From Nageia nagi (Eukaryota > Plantae > Pinophyta), in the NCBI GenBank assembly GCA_050084985.1, contig JBITNC010000001.1, positions 207,328,001-207,392,000 on the forward strand: a stretch of 64,000 nucleotides of DNA, read 5' to 3'. A model generated the notes under the pieces. It ran no database searches, had not been told where the DNA came from, and saw nothing but the letters and a program-made list of their open reading frames with translations. Position 1 is the stretch's first letter. Each line of letters begins with the position of its first letter. This document shows positions 39,200-52,804 of the stretch, one piece after another. The position numbers and the translations under genes are program-made.

Positions 39200-40420
39200 A
39201 ATACCCATTAAGAAGTGTAATCTTAAATTGATATTTTTCAAAAGACCAATTTTTTTGCAATTTATATTATTTTAACTAAATCTTAACTACATTTTACTAA
39301 ACTAAAATTTTTATTATGCTTTTCTAACTAGTTGGATTTACAAAGAAAGAACCATCATTTCCATTACTATTTTCATGCTATTGGTAGCCTTCATATAGTA
39401 TGGCATGCTTTCAATGGTGTGATTCCTCATCATATTTATCCTAAAATTTTATAATTCCATCCATAATCTCTATATATGAAGCATGCTGGTGAATCTCATA
39501 TTTTCCTTATGCAATAAGGTCCAAAATTATAACTTTCAAAGCATTACAAGAATTTGTAGCATGACCCTCTCTTTGATGATAAGTACAATAAGTGTCATCC
39601 ATTGGAATATGATCATATTCTATACTTTTTTCTAATAGTTGCAATAAACCTCTTTTCATTAGATCTCTCATTATAATCCTTGTTGATGTCCACTAAGTAT
39701 CTCAAATTTGGGAGCCTCTTGATCAAGTGATGAGGAATAATTATGGGCATCTTGTGTTTTCAATATTTCTTGATATGTTACTTTTTGCCAACATTATTTT
39801 GGTTTTTATTCTTGAGATGGATTTTGAATTTGAGGTTTATGTTGTAGTTTAGGTTTTGGTTTCAATTGAGATTTAGGTTGAGTTGTTAATTAAGATGTTT
39901 GATTATGTTGTTGCTTTTGTATGTTTTCTTTCTCAAACTTTTGCATACAATATTGTCTTGCATATGGATCTTTTAAAAATGTATCTAATTATTTTCTTAA
40001 AAATGCATGCTATATTTATTTTAGGTTAAGATCATTATAAATGCCAAACATCAAATAAGAATTGGCTAACATATGCTCTTTAATTTTTTTAAGTTGATCT
40101 TGAGGTGCAAAATTTTCAAATGCGATATCATACATTTCATAGTTATCCTTATCTTCAAGGTTTAAATATGCAACATAATCAAATTCAGCCATATAATGAT
40201 CATCATCACTAACATTATCATGTACTTGATTTTCTATTATTATTATATCATTTTGCACATCATCATTAGTAGTCAAGCATGAATTTGGTAAACTCATTTC
40301 ATCAAAAGATTTACTATTATTATTTTGCATAATATGCATACCCTTAGATATTTCTTATGTAGGAGAATATGCAAATAAATAATTTATCACATTCAAATGT
40401 TCAAGTAAACCACTTTTATA
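39200..40420 (-). pseudogene. gag remnant with a Tat/Ogre-type zinc knuckle
   Basis: Minus strand YCTYHQREGHATNSCNALKVIILDLIA*GKYEI (~39590-39495); the acidic ORF 40016-40339 lies upstream. Confidence 0.65.
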
Positions 40421-40964
40421 TGTAGTATCCATGATAAAATGCAAAGAATATTTTTATATGAAAACCTCAAGAAATATTGATAAAAAGGCATGCAAGAAGC
40501 TCAAATTAATCTCAAAAAGTTGCCTACTATGATTATCTATGGTTTTGGAAATTTTTTATCATGAAACAAGTCACCAAATAATTGTAAAATATTTTTAAAT
40601 TTTATGATTTTTAATGTGACATTTCTTGCAAAAATATTTTCAGAATCACTCAAAATATGCAAATCTAGACCTAGAAAAGTAAAAAAAATTCCCCAATTAT
40701 ATTTATCTATGGCTTGGATAAATTTTTTTAATCTATATCCCACCAAATTGAAGAAAATGATCTCCAAAAATTAGGTTTTTATATAGTGATATTTTTTAGG
40801 AAAATAATTTTTTTCAAAGTAATAAAATTTTCTATATTTGGAGAAAATTAAATCAACCAAAAAAGAAAATAAAACCAAGGGTTTCTAATGCAAGATTCCT
40901 TAGAAAAATGATGCCCTAAAATGAAAAATTTTAGGATTTATAGGATATGTTGGGTTCACCAAAA

Positions 40965-41721
40965 TGTAGACTCTAAATTGTGTAAAATACAAAGAAACAT
41001 AATTAAATAAATAGTTTACAATATATAATTAAATATACAATAAATACTATATCATATCATAAAAGATATACATGAAAAGCATGCACCTAATATGAAGTGT
41101 GTGTACAATCCTTGAAATTAGATAGTAATGAATCTTTAAATGATTGGGATCAGATTTATGGTGAGGTCATAACTAATATTCATGTGCATGAACCAATAGC
41201 TCAACCATCTAAGCCTAGCACCCTCGATCTAGAAGATGCATGCCATTAATGGCTTGAGAGAAGCATGCCACTACTGGTGTAGGAGAAGCATGCTATTAAC
41301 TAAGTGTAATGTGTCAAATTATGATGTGTACTAAAGATAGAAAGTCTATAACTTAGAGTATAATGCATTCTCAAGATAGGTGACAACCAAAGACATCGTT
41401 ACAGTTGACAACCATCTATGAAAGTTCTTTATCAATATCAAAAGAGTTTTGATATCTAGATATCAACCTATTTATCCATTTATATAGCCTATAAAAGACA
41501 TAGAAATAAGTGAAGGTTGATTTCATGAAATAATATAATCATTTTTATATTTAATATACTTTAAAATAAAACCTATGATATATGATATAACATTTAATAT
41601 AACACATGGCATTGCATTATAACATCATTTTATCTTGATATATGTAATATTGAATTAAATCATTTAAGAAGTATAAATATTATTTATTCAAAAAATAATA
41701 AATCATTTTTAGGCATATATA
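40965..41721 (-). repeat. 5' LTR of the gag-only element
   Basis: tgtagac...aggcatatata on the + strand; adjacent PBS. Confidence 0.8.
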
Positions 41722-42235
41722 TTTCTACTTAAATGCAATCATGTAATTCTAGTGGATAATGTTGTAAATATTTTAATAGCATGACTGACTCTTATTGCAT
41801 CAATTTTACAATGAATCATTATACATGGATTTATGACCTTCTTGGTTGTGTAGTTTATCTTGAGGAGGATTTGAAATTAATTATCAAAACACCTATAAAA
41901 TATAAATTAGGTATGTGTCCTTATCTATTGGATGCTTGTAACTAAAATAAGAATCTAAAAAATAGGGGAATTTATGTATATACATAAAATGGGTTTCTTG
42001 AAAAGACTCCCCTTGAAACCATTGTTATATTTTTGAATAACCTATGAGTATGAAATGAATACCATATTATAACATAATTTATCTCCATGATTATTACAAT
42101 GGGTATTATTGTGAGGGATGCAGATCAATTCTAGCATGTTCAACCATAGGTTTTCTAAAAAGGCCTTAGAGAATGTAGGAATAGAGGAATTTATGCATAT
42201 GTAAAAAATGGATTTTTTTGACAAGAATGTATATA
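41722..42235 (+). pseudogene. PPR fragment (continuation of 35998-36182) plus short shuffled PPR pieces
   Basis: LLKCNHVILVDN.CKYFNSMTDSYCINFTMNHYTWIYDLLGCVVYLEEDLKLIIKTPIK...DACN*NKNLKIGEF; then NGFLEK-type and GFLKKALE-type pieces. Confidence 0.8.
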
Positions 42236-43429
42236 CTTGGACCTATTATGATTTTTTTAATTAAATTTTAACTTTATCTATTCAAATAGATTTGATTTAA
42301 ATAGAGCCTTATTCTATTTGAGCTAATATCTTGTCTTTTAGAACTATTGAGTGACATTATTCCTAGTAAAACTAAAAGAGTTCATACTTTATACTTAATT
42401 GAAACTGAAACTACAACTAAAATCTATAGGCAAGATTCAAGAGTAAAAAATAAAAAATAAATATTAAACTAATAATATTGCTATCTAACTAACTTATTGT
42501 AAAAAAAATTATAAGGACTATCCACCCTTGATGGGCCCTTATCAAGTCTAGAATAGGATACCAACCTCTTACCTAACTTATTCTATCTCAATAGATTAAT
42601 TTATTAATATGAATCAAGCCACAATATTATAATTTAAATATGAATAATTTCTTATTGTATTAATATTATTGTATCATTTCTATTAAACATGATGCCCATA
42701 GTAAAGACTATACATTTATTTTATTAATCTTGTTGTATCATTGCTATAAGACATGGTGTCCATCATAAACACTATACTTAAACAAATACAAACTCAATTC
42801 ATAAAAATTAAATTCTCATACTCATTCTACCTTGGATTAATGTTATTTTTTAGGATTATGCCCAAATCATTCATGTTTTACAACTAAAACCTAAACTAAG
42901 AAAAAACTAACCAGAATAGTAGTTGTTACAATTGCCCAAAATTTGTAGATACATGTGTATCCTTAAAGAGGAGAGATCAAGGTCCATTTTAATCAATAAT
43001 ATTCACTTATAATTGAATATTAATATTTCATAAATTTATTTTCGTAAATTTGGATGTTATAACAATTTACTAAGTCATTGTAAATTTATAAAAAATATAC
43101 TTTTTTAGGTTAGTTTATCTTAATTATAGAAATAAATAAAAAAATGAAATATAATTCATATTTTATATGAAAGAAAAAATGATGAAATTCACTAAAATAT
43201 TATCATGAAACATTTCAAAGTGAATATGATAGATAAAATATTATAAATATTTAATTCTATTAATAATCACTTAAAAGTTATAAGAATATGAAAATCATTT
43301 AGAAAACCTAAAAGCTAAACTAAATCCTTGTATTACCCTTGAAACCCTAAATGGTAAATTGAATCCCTAATTTAATAAGAAAGAGGAGAGGATAACTCTT
43401 AAAAATGGATTTAAAAGGGTTTATAGGGG

Positions 43430-44635
43430 TAGTATTTGTAAGTTATATCTTGCAGCCTATATATTAGATTATGCAACCTTGAAACTTGAAGATTCTAAGA
43501 GATTATATCTATAACATGCTAGTTGGATGGTTATACAATGCAATTTTATCTTAATGATGCAAAATCAACTACATCATAGAACCACCTAGCAATATGATGT
43601 AGTTGAAAGCATGCACCATGTAGTTGACTACACCATACTACTAATTGACTAGACCATACTACTGCATTACAATATTACAACTACCATCATATGGTATAAT
43701 TGGTGGCTATACCATACTATTGGTGAATAGTATTACAACTATTTGATTACATAATTTCATTAATTTATTACATGTTACAATCAAATAAAAATATTATATT
43801 CATTCAACTACACCATACCATTGGATGATATTATGGTGTAGTTGACCGATGGTATTATAACTATTTGAATACATCATGCAATCAATTGATGATATTGTAT
43901 TCATTTAATTGTACCATATCATTGATCAATATCAAGGTAAAATTGGTTAGAAATATTAGAGCCATTTGGATGAATGATATAATTGACTAAAAACATAGTG
44001 TAGTCATTTGATGTCATTATAGCCATACAACTATGCTATGTCATCAATTGATTGGATGATGTATCCAATCAATAATATTCTATTGATCTAGCTATATCAT
44101 GCTTCCAATCAATTATATGTAGCTAGCTAATGATATTTCATCCATTTAGATAGATCATATCATTGATTGATGATATTGTAGAAGTCCAATTACACCATGC
44201 TACTAGCTAATAGCATGATGCAACTGATTGAGAGCTTTGAATTCATTCAACTACATCATACCATTGGCTAATGATATTGTAGTCATCTAATTACATCATA
44301 CCATTGATTGATGACATAGTGCAACTAACTAACTACACTTTTTGATAGTTTATTTTATTTTAATTTTTTGAAATTTTAGTTAATTTTCTATTTAGATTTA
44401 ATTTATTTTATAATGATAAATTTATAAGGTTAAATATAAAATTTTATTTTTATTATGCATTTTTAATATTATAATATTTTATAATAATTTAATATGTAAA
44501 TTATTTTAGAATATTACAATTTAATAAATTAAAAAAGGTATCTAATAACATATGCAACCATCCAATTTCACATGGAACCATTCAATTGCATATGACCACA
44601 TGGTTATGCTTGCAATCGTTTGGTTGTCAAAACTA
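43430..44635. mobile_element. Putative non-autonomous TIR element containing a palindromic repeat array
   Basis: Ends tagtatttg / caaaacta; internal array at 43560-44340. An inverted relative of its right end recurs at 47534-47605. TSD not resolved. Confidence 0.4.
43560..44340. repeat. Degenerate array of caactaca(c/t)catacc-type units in both orientations
   Basis: Perfect 14-bp stems with 14-nt loops at 43565-43606 and 43804-43845, plus many decayed copies. Confidence 0.75.
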
Positions 44636-44899
44636 ATATAGACTAGGGTTATCAAAATTAATTCACCTTTGAATGAATTTTTATATAATACAAATGTTTT
44701 ATTTTTCCTTTTAATTTAATTTATTTTATTTTTATTTTAAATTTTCATTCTTTTGATATTTATTTCTCTCAAAATTTCCATTATTGTGAAATCAATTCAC
44801 CTTTATTTCGATAAGTAAAATCCAAGAATGGTGTATTAAATGAACCTTAAGGGAGGTTGTGGAAAAAGAACAACTGACCAACCTTATGAAAATGTTTTC

Positions 44900-47521
44900 C
44901 CAAATTGTAACAATTATATTCTCCTATGCCTTAGGAAATATTCTTTAATTCTTCTTTGATTGCAACTTCTCCTAGTATAGTACTTCCACTTACCTAGGAA
45001 TAGGTTGGTTGCAAAATCATTCCTAATAAATTTTGTAGCTTTAGGAGGTTCTCAACCTAAGTTACACTCAAAGGAACCAAAATATCAAGATATATGTAAA
45101 TAACAACTAATACACATATTTTATACCAAATATTATCTATATATATTCATTATCATTAATAAGAATAAGTCATTCAAAATAGAAAAATTCACCATATTAT
45201 CTATAAGAATTATCCAAAATATTATATAGCTTAAGGGTTCAAAAATTAGGAAAATAAATTAAAATGTATCATATATTATAAACCTATCATTCCCCCAACA
45301 ATAATTATTGCATGTCCTTATGTAAATACTACTTTCCCTTTTAATACTAAGCTAAGGAGGAGTTTGGTATTTTGTATCTCTAGCCTCCATCCTTACTTCT
45401 CTAATGGCTTAAGGTGATGTAGTATTTCCTACAATGGAAGTAGGAGATACTTTTAGCATAACACAAAACTAAATATCTAGTGATTTCTACTTGTTTTATT
45501 CTTTATATTTTTCCTATCCTAATTTAATGTCCTTTTTCCATTTATTCTTCAACTCCTTCTGGTGTACCATAAGTAGATTGATATCTAGATGTGTGATATG
45601 AATATGTAGCTTTTGATGAATTGTATTAAAAATGCTTATATCCTTTTATAGTTTGAGATATATGTTCATGTTATTGATAAGGAGTAACAACTTCCTCTTA
45701 TAATTTTAAATATTATTCTTCCCAATGACCAATACTTTCACTTTATTTTGGGGGGTTAGGAATGAATCAACCATGCCTATCTTATAATTGAATCATTTAT
45801 CATTTTCTTCCACTATCAGATTATGCAAAAACTAACTATTAAAATACCTTACAAATTTTTTAAACAACATAAGAACTCAAATCGAATTTGTAAAAAAAAT
45901 ATCAAATACTCACAACTATATTCCTTGATAATTTAATTCTCATTTGAGAGTTGCATGGTGCTACATTAGACTAAGAATGCTTTCATATACTTCAACATCT
46001 AAGAGTCCTCAATGCATTCTAGATTTTGATACTATTTTTTCAAACATCCTTGGTAATGATACAAAACATTAATGAGTTTTTGAATTAACTTGTGATGGAT
46101 TATCAATCTACCATTTAATTTATGTAAATTTGGGATTGTATCATATGGCTATTTGCAATAAAACACTACTCCATTTTATGCTTATCTATTGGAAATTACT
46201 TGAAAGAAAAATAAATCTTAAACAAATTATAAGAAAGAAATTTTTTTTAAAAGGAAATAACATTAAGTAAATTCCAAGAAATAAAATCTAAACCTAATAG
46301 CTATAATAAAGCCTTAATACAACATAACATTAATGGAAACAATGGTGAATGAATTATACAAAGATAGATGTTGATGTATTGGTGGTGATAATAGATGAGA
46401 CATAATAAACATAGAATATTCACATATATATAAACTAAATAAATAATAAAGAAATCTAAAGGCAAGCCTATCTATTTGAAAGGGGTTTGACTTCACCTAG
46501 CAAAGTGCCCAAAAGGAAACTTAGTAGATAGAAATCAATATTTACTCTTTATTTATCATTCATACAAATATTCTATTGATAAAATATCACTTTTATATAT
46601 CTCTATATCTCTCAAATCATTACATAATATATCATCCTCCTCTCTTAAGGATTACAATTCTTATATAGCCATGAAGAGGAATCTCTAAAAAACTACTTTT
46701 ACTCCAATTCTATTTCATAGAATTATCTTCATACAAACACATATTTATCTTTATTACAATTGGTATTCATATGTGTCACTAGTTTTTCTTTATGTTCAAT
46801 GAGATGGTATGACACCAAATGCTTGATTCCATTCTTCCTTAATTATTGATTCATTCATTATTGATGAAAAATAAAATTGGTCACATATGCAATTATTCTA
46901 CTAAATATTGTATTTTGGTCAAATTTACACAAACTAACTTTTTCCATCCATTATAAATTTTTATGTACTAATCCATTTCTTTCACTTGATGCACATTTGG
47001 AAATGTTATTTTACCACCTTTCCAATGGTATATTAGATTCCTACCTTTGAAAAATGCAAGTGTCCTATTTTAGCTCTGGAAAAATATATTTTGTTAGTTT
47101 TTGCTAATTGAAAATAGTCCTTACTAGTTTTATCAAAAAGCTTGAGTAGCCTACTTTGAGAGATTGCAACTTTTATTATACAACTCCATTTTTATTCCTT
47201 TTCAAATATTTAGATATATATTTTTAATCTCTCTATACAATGTATAACTTCCATATTTTAAAGTGGTATAAGTATCTCATTTTTCTTCTACAAAATTACA
47301 TTTTATCATTTTTTGGAAAATTATCAACACAAATTATCAAACTACATATAACTAGTAAAAATTACCAACTTTCAAGAGATATAATTTTCTCAATAGCTTA
47401 TTTCCTCATGATTGATACACCATTATGAATTACCTTTGAAAACTTACCAATGATATACTACTTGCACTCTTATAATAAGTATAACCCATTTTTCTATCCT
47501 TCATAAAAATATAGTTTATCA
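44900..47521 (-). mobile_element. Athila-like LTR relic with a short internal region
   Basis: Minus strand PBS-like tttgggcactttgctaggtgaa (46492-46513; cf. tRNA-Asp type TGGCGCCGTTGCCGGGGA) and PPT/LTR junction aggacatgcaataattatgttgggggaa|TGATAGG (45289). LTR pair not confirmed; outer boundaries are guesses. Confidence 0.4.
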
Positions 47522-50500
47522 CCTTTTTGTAGCTAGTGTTGCAAGCGATTACAAGTAGTTGGCTGAGCATGAATAACTAATTGGGTGGATTGCACATTGT
47601 AGGTGGTTGCAAGCAAAGGCTATAGATATCTAATTATGATATTTATTAAAATATAAATCATATTTTATGTATCAAATATGTAAAAATATAAGTGTTGAAA
47701 ATATAAAAAAGAATATCATAATCAATGTAATTAGTGCAAGTGCCAAGAAAAGAACCACAAGTTATGTAATACATGTAGATCTCAAGAAGAGAAAAGATCC
47801 AAGATGTTGCATTATAAAAAAGATCCAAAGAAAAGAATTCCCTATGAGATAATTAGATATTAGATAGGTCAACTCATGACCATCACATCATTTGAACATT
47901 AATAATGTTTTGTAATACCACATATATGAGAATATATTATCTACTTTTCATAATAATTTACATTTCTTGATTTAATTATTATTGTTAAATACATCCATAA
48001 CATCAATTTTATGCAAAGGTAGAATTAACATAGCATGCATGTTATGAATTTAGGATTGCACAACCTCATATCTAGGTAATGAAGTTGTTTCAGGCCTAAC
48101 ATCCTAGATCTAGCTAAAAGAAGAGTTTGATCATATTAGTGAATTATCAATTCTTTACATTCATATTTCAATTAGTATTTATAGAATAATAGTATTTTAT
48201 TTATTATAATTCATTATTTCTTATCTACATTTTGGTGAACCAACTATTATTGTAATGTTACAATAAAATATCAATTGTATAAATATAATAAAATCAATAA
48301 AGCTAGTATCAACAATGCTAATCACACAAACATTTAGATAACATAAAATTTGAGCTAGTAGTGGGAATATCATTTAAGGGTTTAGGATAAGAGGCAACAC
48401 ACATGGTGTATAGGCTACTAATCCTAAATTAATATATATTGTAAAGCTAAAGCTCTTGCCATAGTACTATTACATTTTTTTGAAAGCCTTATAATACATG
48501 TTATTTCCTCAATCTTTCTCCTTTAAGGCTTAATCAATCTTCTTATTGATGAAATCCATTTTATTTTAGCAACGCATGCAATTTAAGTCATAACAAATAA
48601 TATGTACTTCATATATGATGCTTTAAGAAATAATTAACTGATTATTTCTTAATTCATGATCTATTTAGTTTAATTGCTTGTATATTTTATCTATCTAATA
48701 AATACAACTCTTATTATAACTTCATATGTAATTATTTGTAACATTACAATGCACTTATGAGAGAGTTAAAATAATATACCATGTTATTTTCAAATCCATT
48801 AAATTTACACATTTGCATAAACTAAGTAATGTATAGAAATGATAATTTTCTTGTTAAATATTTCAACTTTCAACCAAAATAATATGACTACAAGAATGCA
48901 TTTTAATCCATGGATCTATTTGTCCTAGGCCATGCATTTAATAAATATCTAAATTTACAATGTAACTAAAATATGCAAGCTTTATAACAATTTATTTAAT
49001 ATAATTTTATTTAAATACTTTTACAACATTAAAAAAATTATGATGTTTACATATTGAGAGAAAGCTTTTGCAATAATAACAAAAAATTTCATTACCATAT
49101 TTTCACAAAATTTGAAAGAAGAGATTTGGAGATTTTCTTAGTCAGATTATCCTATTCTTGGATATGTACTTTAATTAGCTAAACTTACCTCTAATACCAC
49201 TTTAAGGTACAAAATAGAACATAATAATATTATATAATCTATAATTTACATACTACCTTTGACATACCTCCATATAATTAAAAAAAATATCAAGAGATAT
49301 CATTCCTTACACATCTATCTCATTTATTGATATTTCTTGGTTTTTATTTTAATGTTAATTTATTAATTTATTTATGTTATATATTAATTTATTTTATTTA
49401 ATGTTATATATTATTATTTTATATGTTATTATAATCTTATAATTATATTATTGAAGTTGAGTTTATTTTTTAAATAATAAAGTGGATTATTTTTTTAAAA
49501 AATATATTAAAATTGATGTTTAATGGATGGAATCACATGCAACATTTGGCTCATTTATCCACCCCCATGCTACATCTGGAGAATGCCTCTGAATGTTAAC
49601 TAATAGTAAAATTTAATATGAAACTATAGATTTAAGAAAATTTCATAATAACATTAAACCATAATTTGACACAAATATAAAGTGCAAACCCCAAGGGGGG
49701 ATAATTGTAGGCAACAAGAGATCATCCACTCTTTAATTATATTCACTAATATTAAAACATAATACTAGTATATTTCTTGGAATCCAATCTCTATCACATA
49801 TGCTTTAAGTACCCAAGTTGCATAACCAAAAAAACAATATGTAACCATAATCCAAAAACTAAGTAACATTTAAGTGGATGAAATTCTATGTTTTAATTTA
49901 CTTGTAAATTAATTCATTTGAATTATAAACCATAATTGGAGTGCATGTGATACTTTTATTATGCACATCTAGTTAACAATACCCTACTATTCCATGCCAC
50001 ATGCTATCATGAGAATTTGACACTTATACAATATTCTACCATAAGGGTACCACACTCTACCATATGCTATAACAAGGAGTTCATACTACATCACTTAGTT
50101 GAATCAACTTGAATAAGTTAGCTCATATAATTATTTAGAAGTAAATAATAAATCAATCTACATATTAGATACATATAATAAAATAAAGATAGATATGTTT
50201 ATTGTATTATACCTTTTTTTATCAAGACCAAAAAAGACCATTGTAAATTTAAGGGGTTTCTTTTATTCAAGAACCCAAAACCTATATTTGACCTATATTA
50301 TTTATTTAATGTAAGCTAAAGTATTTAATATATTCTAAGGTATATGTATTGTATGTAACATATTATATAAATACCTATTATTTATTTATCTTAGTTACTT
50401 AAGGACTAATACAATAATGTTCACCTATTATTAGGTGAATTGTTAGAATTATAATCCTAAGTTGGATTATATTTTCCAACAAAAATAATCTATCCTTGAT

Positions 50501-52804
50501 TTAAAAAGCTTCATCCAAAACTTTTTGAGCAATAAGGTTACATTGGTATTTTTTTTATAATAATTCAATGAGGTAAAATGTGGGATTGAAGATAGGTTTA
50601 TGGAGGAAGACATTTTTTTCTACTATTATTGTTTTCTTATTGTAAAGTTTTTAGTATGAGCCAATTATAGGTGCTTACAAATAGAAGATAAACTATATAA
50701 TATCTCCATTTATGATGAATTAATTAACTATATATATTTATTAAAAAATAGAGTTCTTATCAAATATTTTAATGAACATCAGTTCTCCTTAAAAGATACA
50801 AATATTTGGGTATACAAAATTTATATTTCTTTATCCATATTATGAGATCACTCTTTAGACCAAAATTATTTCCTAAAAGTGTGTCTTTAATGGATTTAAG
50901 AGAAAAGGCATTTTTTTATGGGTCATAGGCCTTAGAGAATGAGTTATGTTCCTTATGTGCTTGGTATATTAGTTTTTTTTACAAATGAGAAAATCCAAAT
51001 CAATGAAAATTAGGATCTATCTTGAAGGAGAACCAAAATTTTGGATTTATAGATTCTTAGGGAGATAAGTAATTTTCTAATTTATTCAATAAAGACCCTA
51101 GATAAGATTTATAGGGCCTATATCATATTTATATTAAGATGAAATTGTATATTACTCTTTTAAAGTACTTTGAATTTAAATATAATAAAATAAGATGGAG
51201 ATCATTGATAAATTATAAAAAATATTTCTTTTAGTTATAGGTTTATCCACATAGTTGGTCATGATGGCAAGGATTTTATAAAATATGAGTATATTATGTA
51301 CCAAATTAAAGAGTCTAGAAAAGATTCTCAATCCTAACATCTTACTTAATATAAGAAAAAATATTTTTAAAAATATAGCTCCTCTATAAACTCATCATGA
51401 AATATATACTAAATAATTATATTTTTAAGAGGTGGGTGCATTTTTGGAGGGTGATCATCAACAATAATCAAACTATATTTCTTATCAAATAAATGTTTAT
51501 AAGCAAGTGGTTTCCCTTAAGAAGATAATTGTTGAATATCAAACATATATTGCATAATAATTAATTGAGGATAATAAGAACATTGATAATCTACAAGATT
51601 AATATATGCATTATTTTAAAAAAATAGATCTTAAGAAAATGATTAAGCACATTTGTAATGAGGGTATTATTGGAATTTTCAAATTTCAATTGAAAATTCC
51701 TATATATACATTTTTATAAATTATTTGTATACTTAAATCACCCTTGTAATTAAAATTGGTAAATTTTATATAGGTTGGTTACCTAAGTTTGCTTACTATT
51801 GTGATGGATCACTCCCCTAAGGTTGCAGCCTTGTGAGATATCATGTTTACATTCATGTATGGTTTGTAATTTTATTATTATAATTATTAATTAATGGCTC
51901 CTTAGTATGTGTTGTGATCCTAATTTATTGTGACTTACATGTTTTATCATCATCTTGTATAGGAGCTGAGGAATCTTCATTATGCATACTTAAGGTTGAA
52001 CTTATTTTGGATCTAGGATTATGAGTTTGGGCCAAGCCCAAACTTGTAATCCATTTATACCTTTAATTAATTACATATTAGCCCCCAGATTATTATTTTT
52101 ATGTGATCATTTCTACCTATGCAATTTAATATTTATCTAAGGTTAGTAGCCTAACCTAATGGGTTAGTGGTTAAGTTAGGTGTTTATTTTATCCTAATTT
52201 CTAAAATAATATAATATTAGCAATGTTAGCATTTTATTTAGTTAAAAAATGTTATATTAGTAATTTATATAACTAAACCTAAGCTTATCAACTATTACTT
52301 AAAATCTGTCACCCAACCCTAATACCTAACATTCCCTCTCCATTACCCAATGAATGCCTTTGCATACTAAACATTCTAATTCATGAATATTCCATTTAGA
52401 ACATTCCTAAAGCCTAGCCTATTTCACAAGCTAAGCATGGAGAATGAATAATAAAAGTTACTATACATCTTATTGATGGAATATTAGCATGAATTAGGAG
52501 TTATTACACTCATTTCATAAGGTGGAATCATAATGAGAACTTCTCCTCATAGCTTTATTTTTGGTATTCAATTTGCCAGATGAGATGTAGAAATATCTAG
52601 AAAAAAACCCTAAGATTTTAGCTTTGTAGTATTATTCTTCCAATCCTCATTATGGTGGCTAGTAATGGAGGGTTTGATTCAAAGAATCATCCACTATCTT
52701 TAACTTTGGGAAGCATGCAAATGGGTTGGTAAATAGGTTCCTACTCACCATATCGAGAGGAATAGTTAGAGCACACTAGAAGATCTCTATTCATTGGTAT
52801 ATTA

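Larger units (their letters stand above)
36183..41721 (-). mobile_element. Non-autonomous (gag-only) Tat/Ogre-like LTR element
   Basis: Direct repeats ~36183-37211 and 40965-41721. On the minus strand: PBS tggtgaacccaacat (40947-40961) and PPT aaagagaggaaaaa (37212-37225). The left boundary and TSD are unresolved. Confidence 0.8.

Noticed and set aside
43560-44340. CRISPR-like repeat/spacer array
   Set aside because: Units are irregular, degenerate and in both orientations, with no cas genes, in eukaryotic TE context.
49590-51560. Copia-like LTR motif (~49670-49720) and scattered gypsy RT/RH-like words (~51080-51500)
   Set aside because: Fragments are too short and decayed to delimit or classify.
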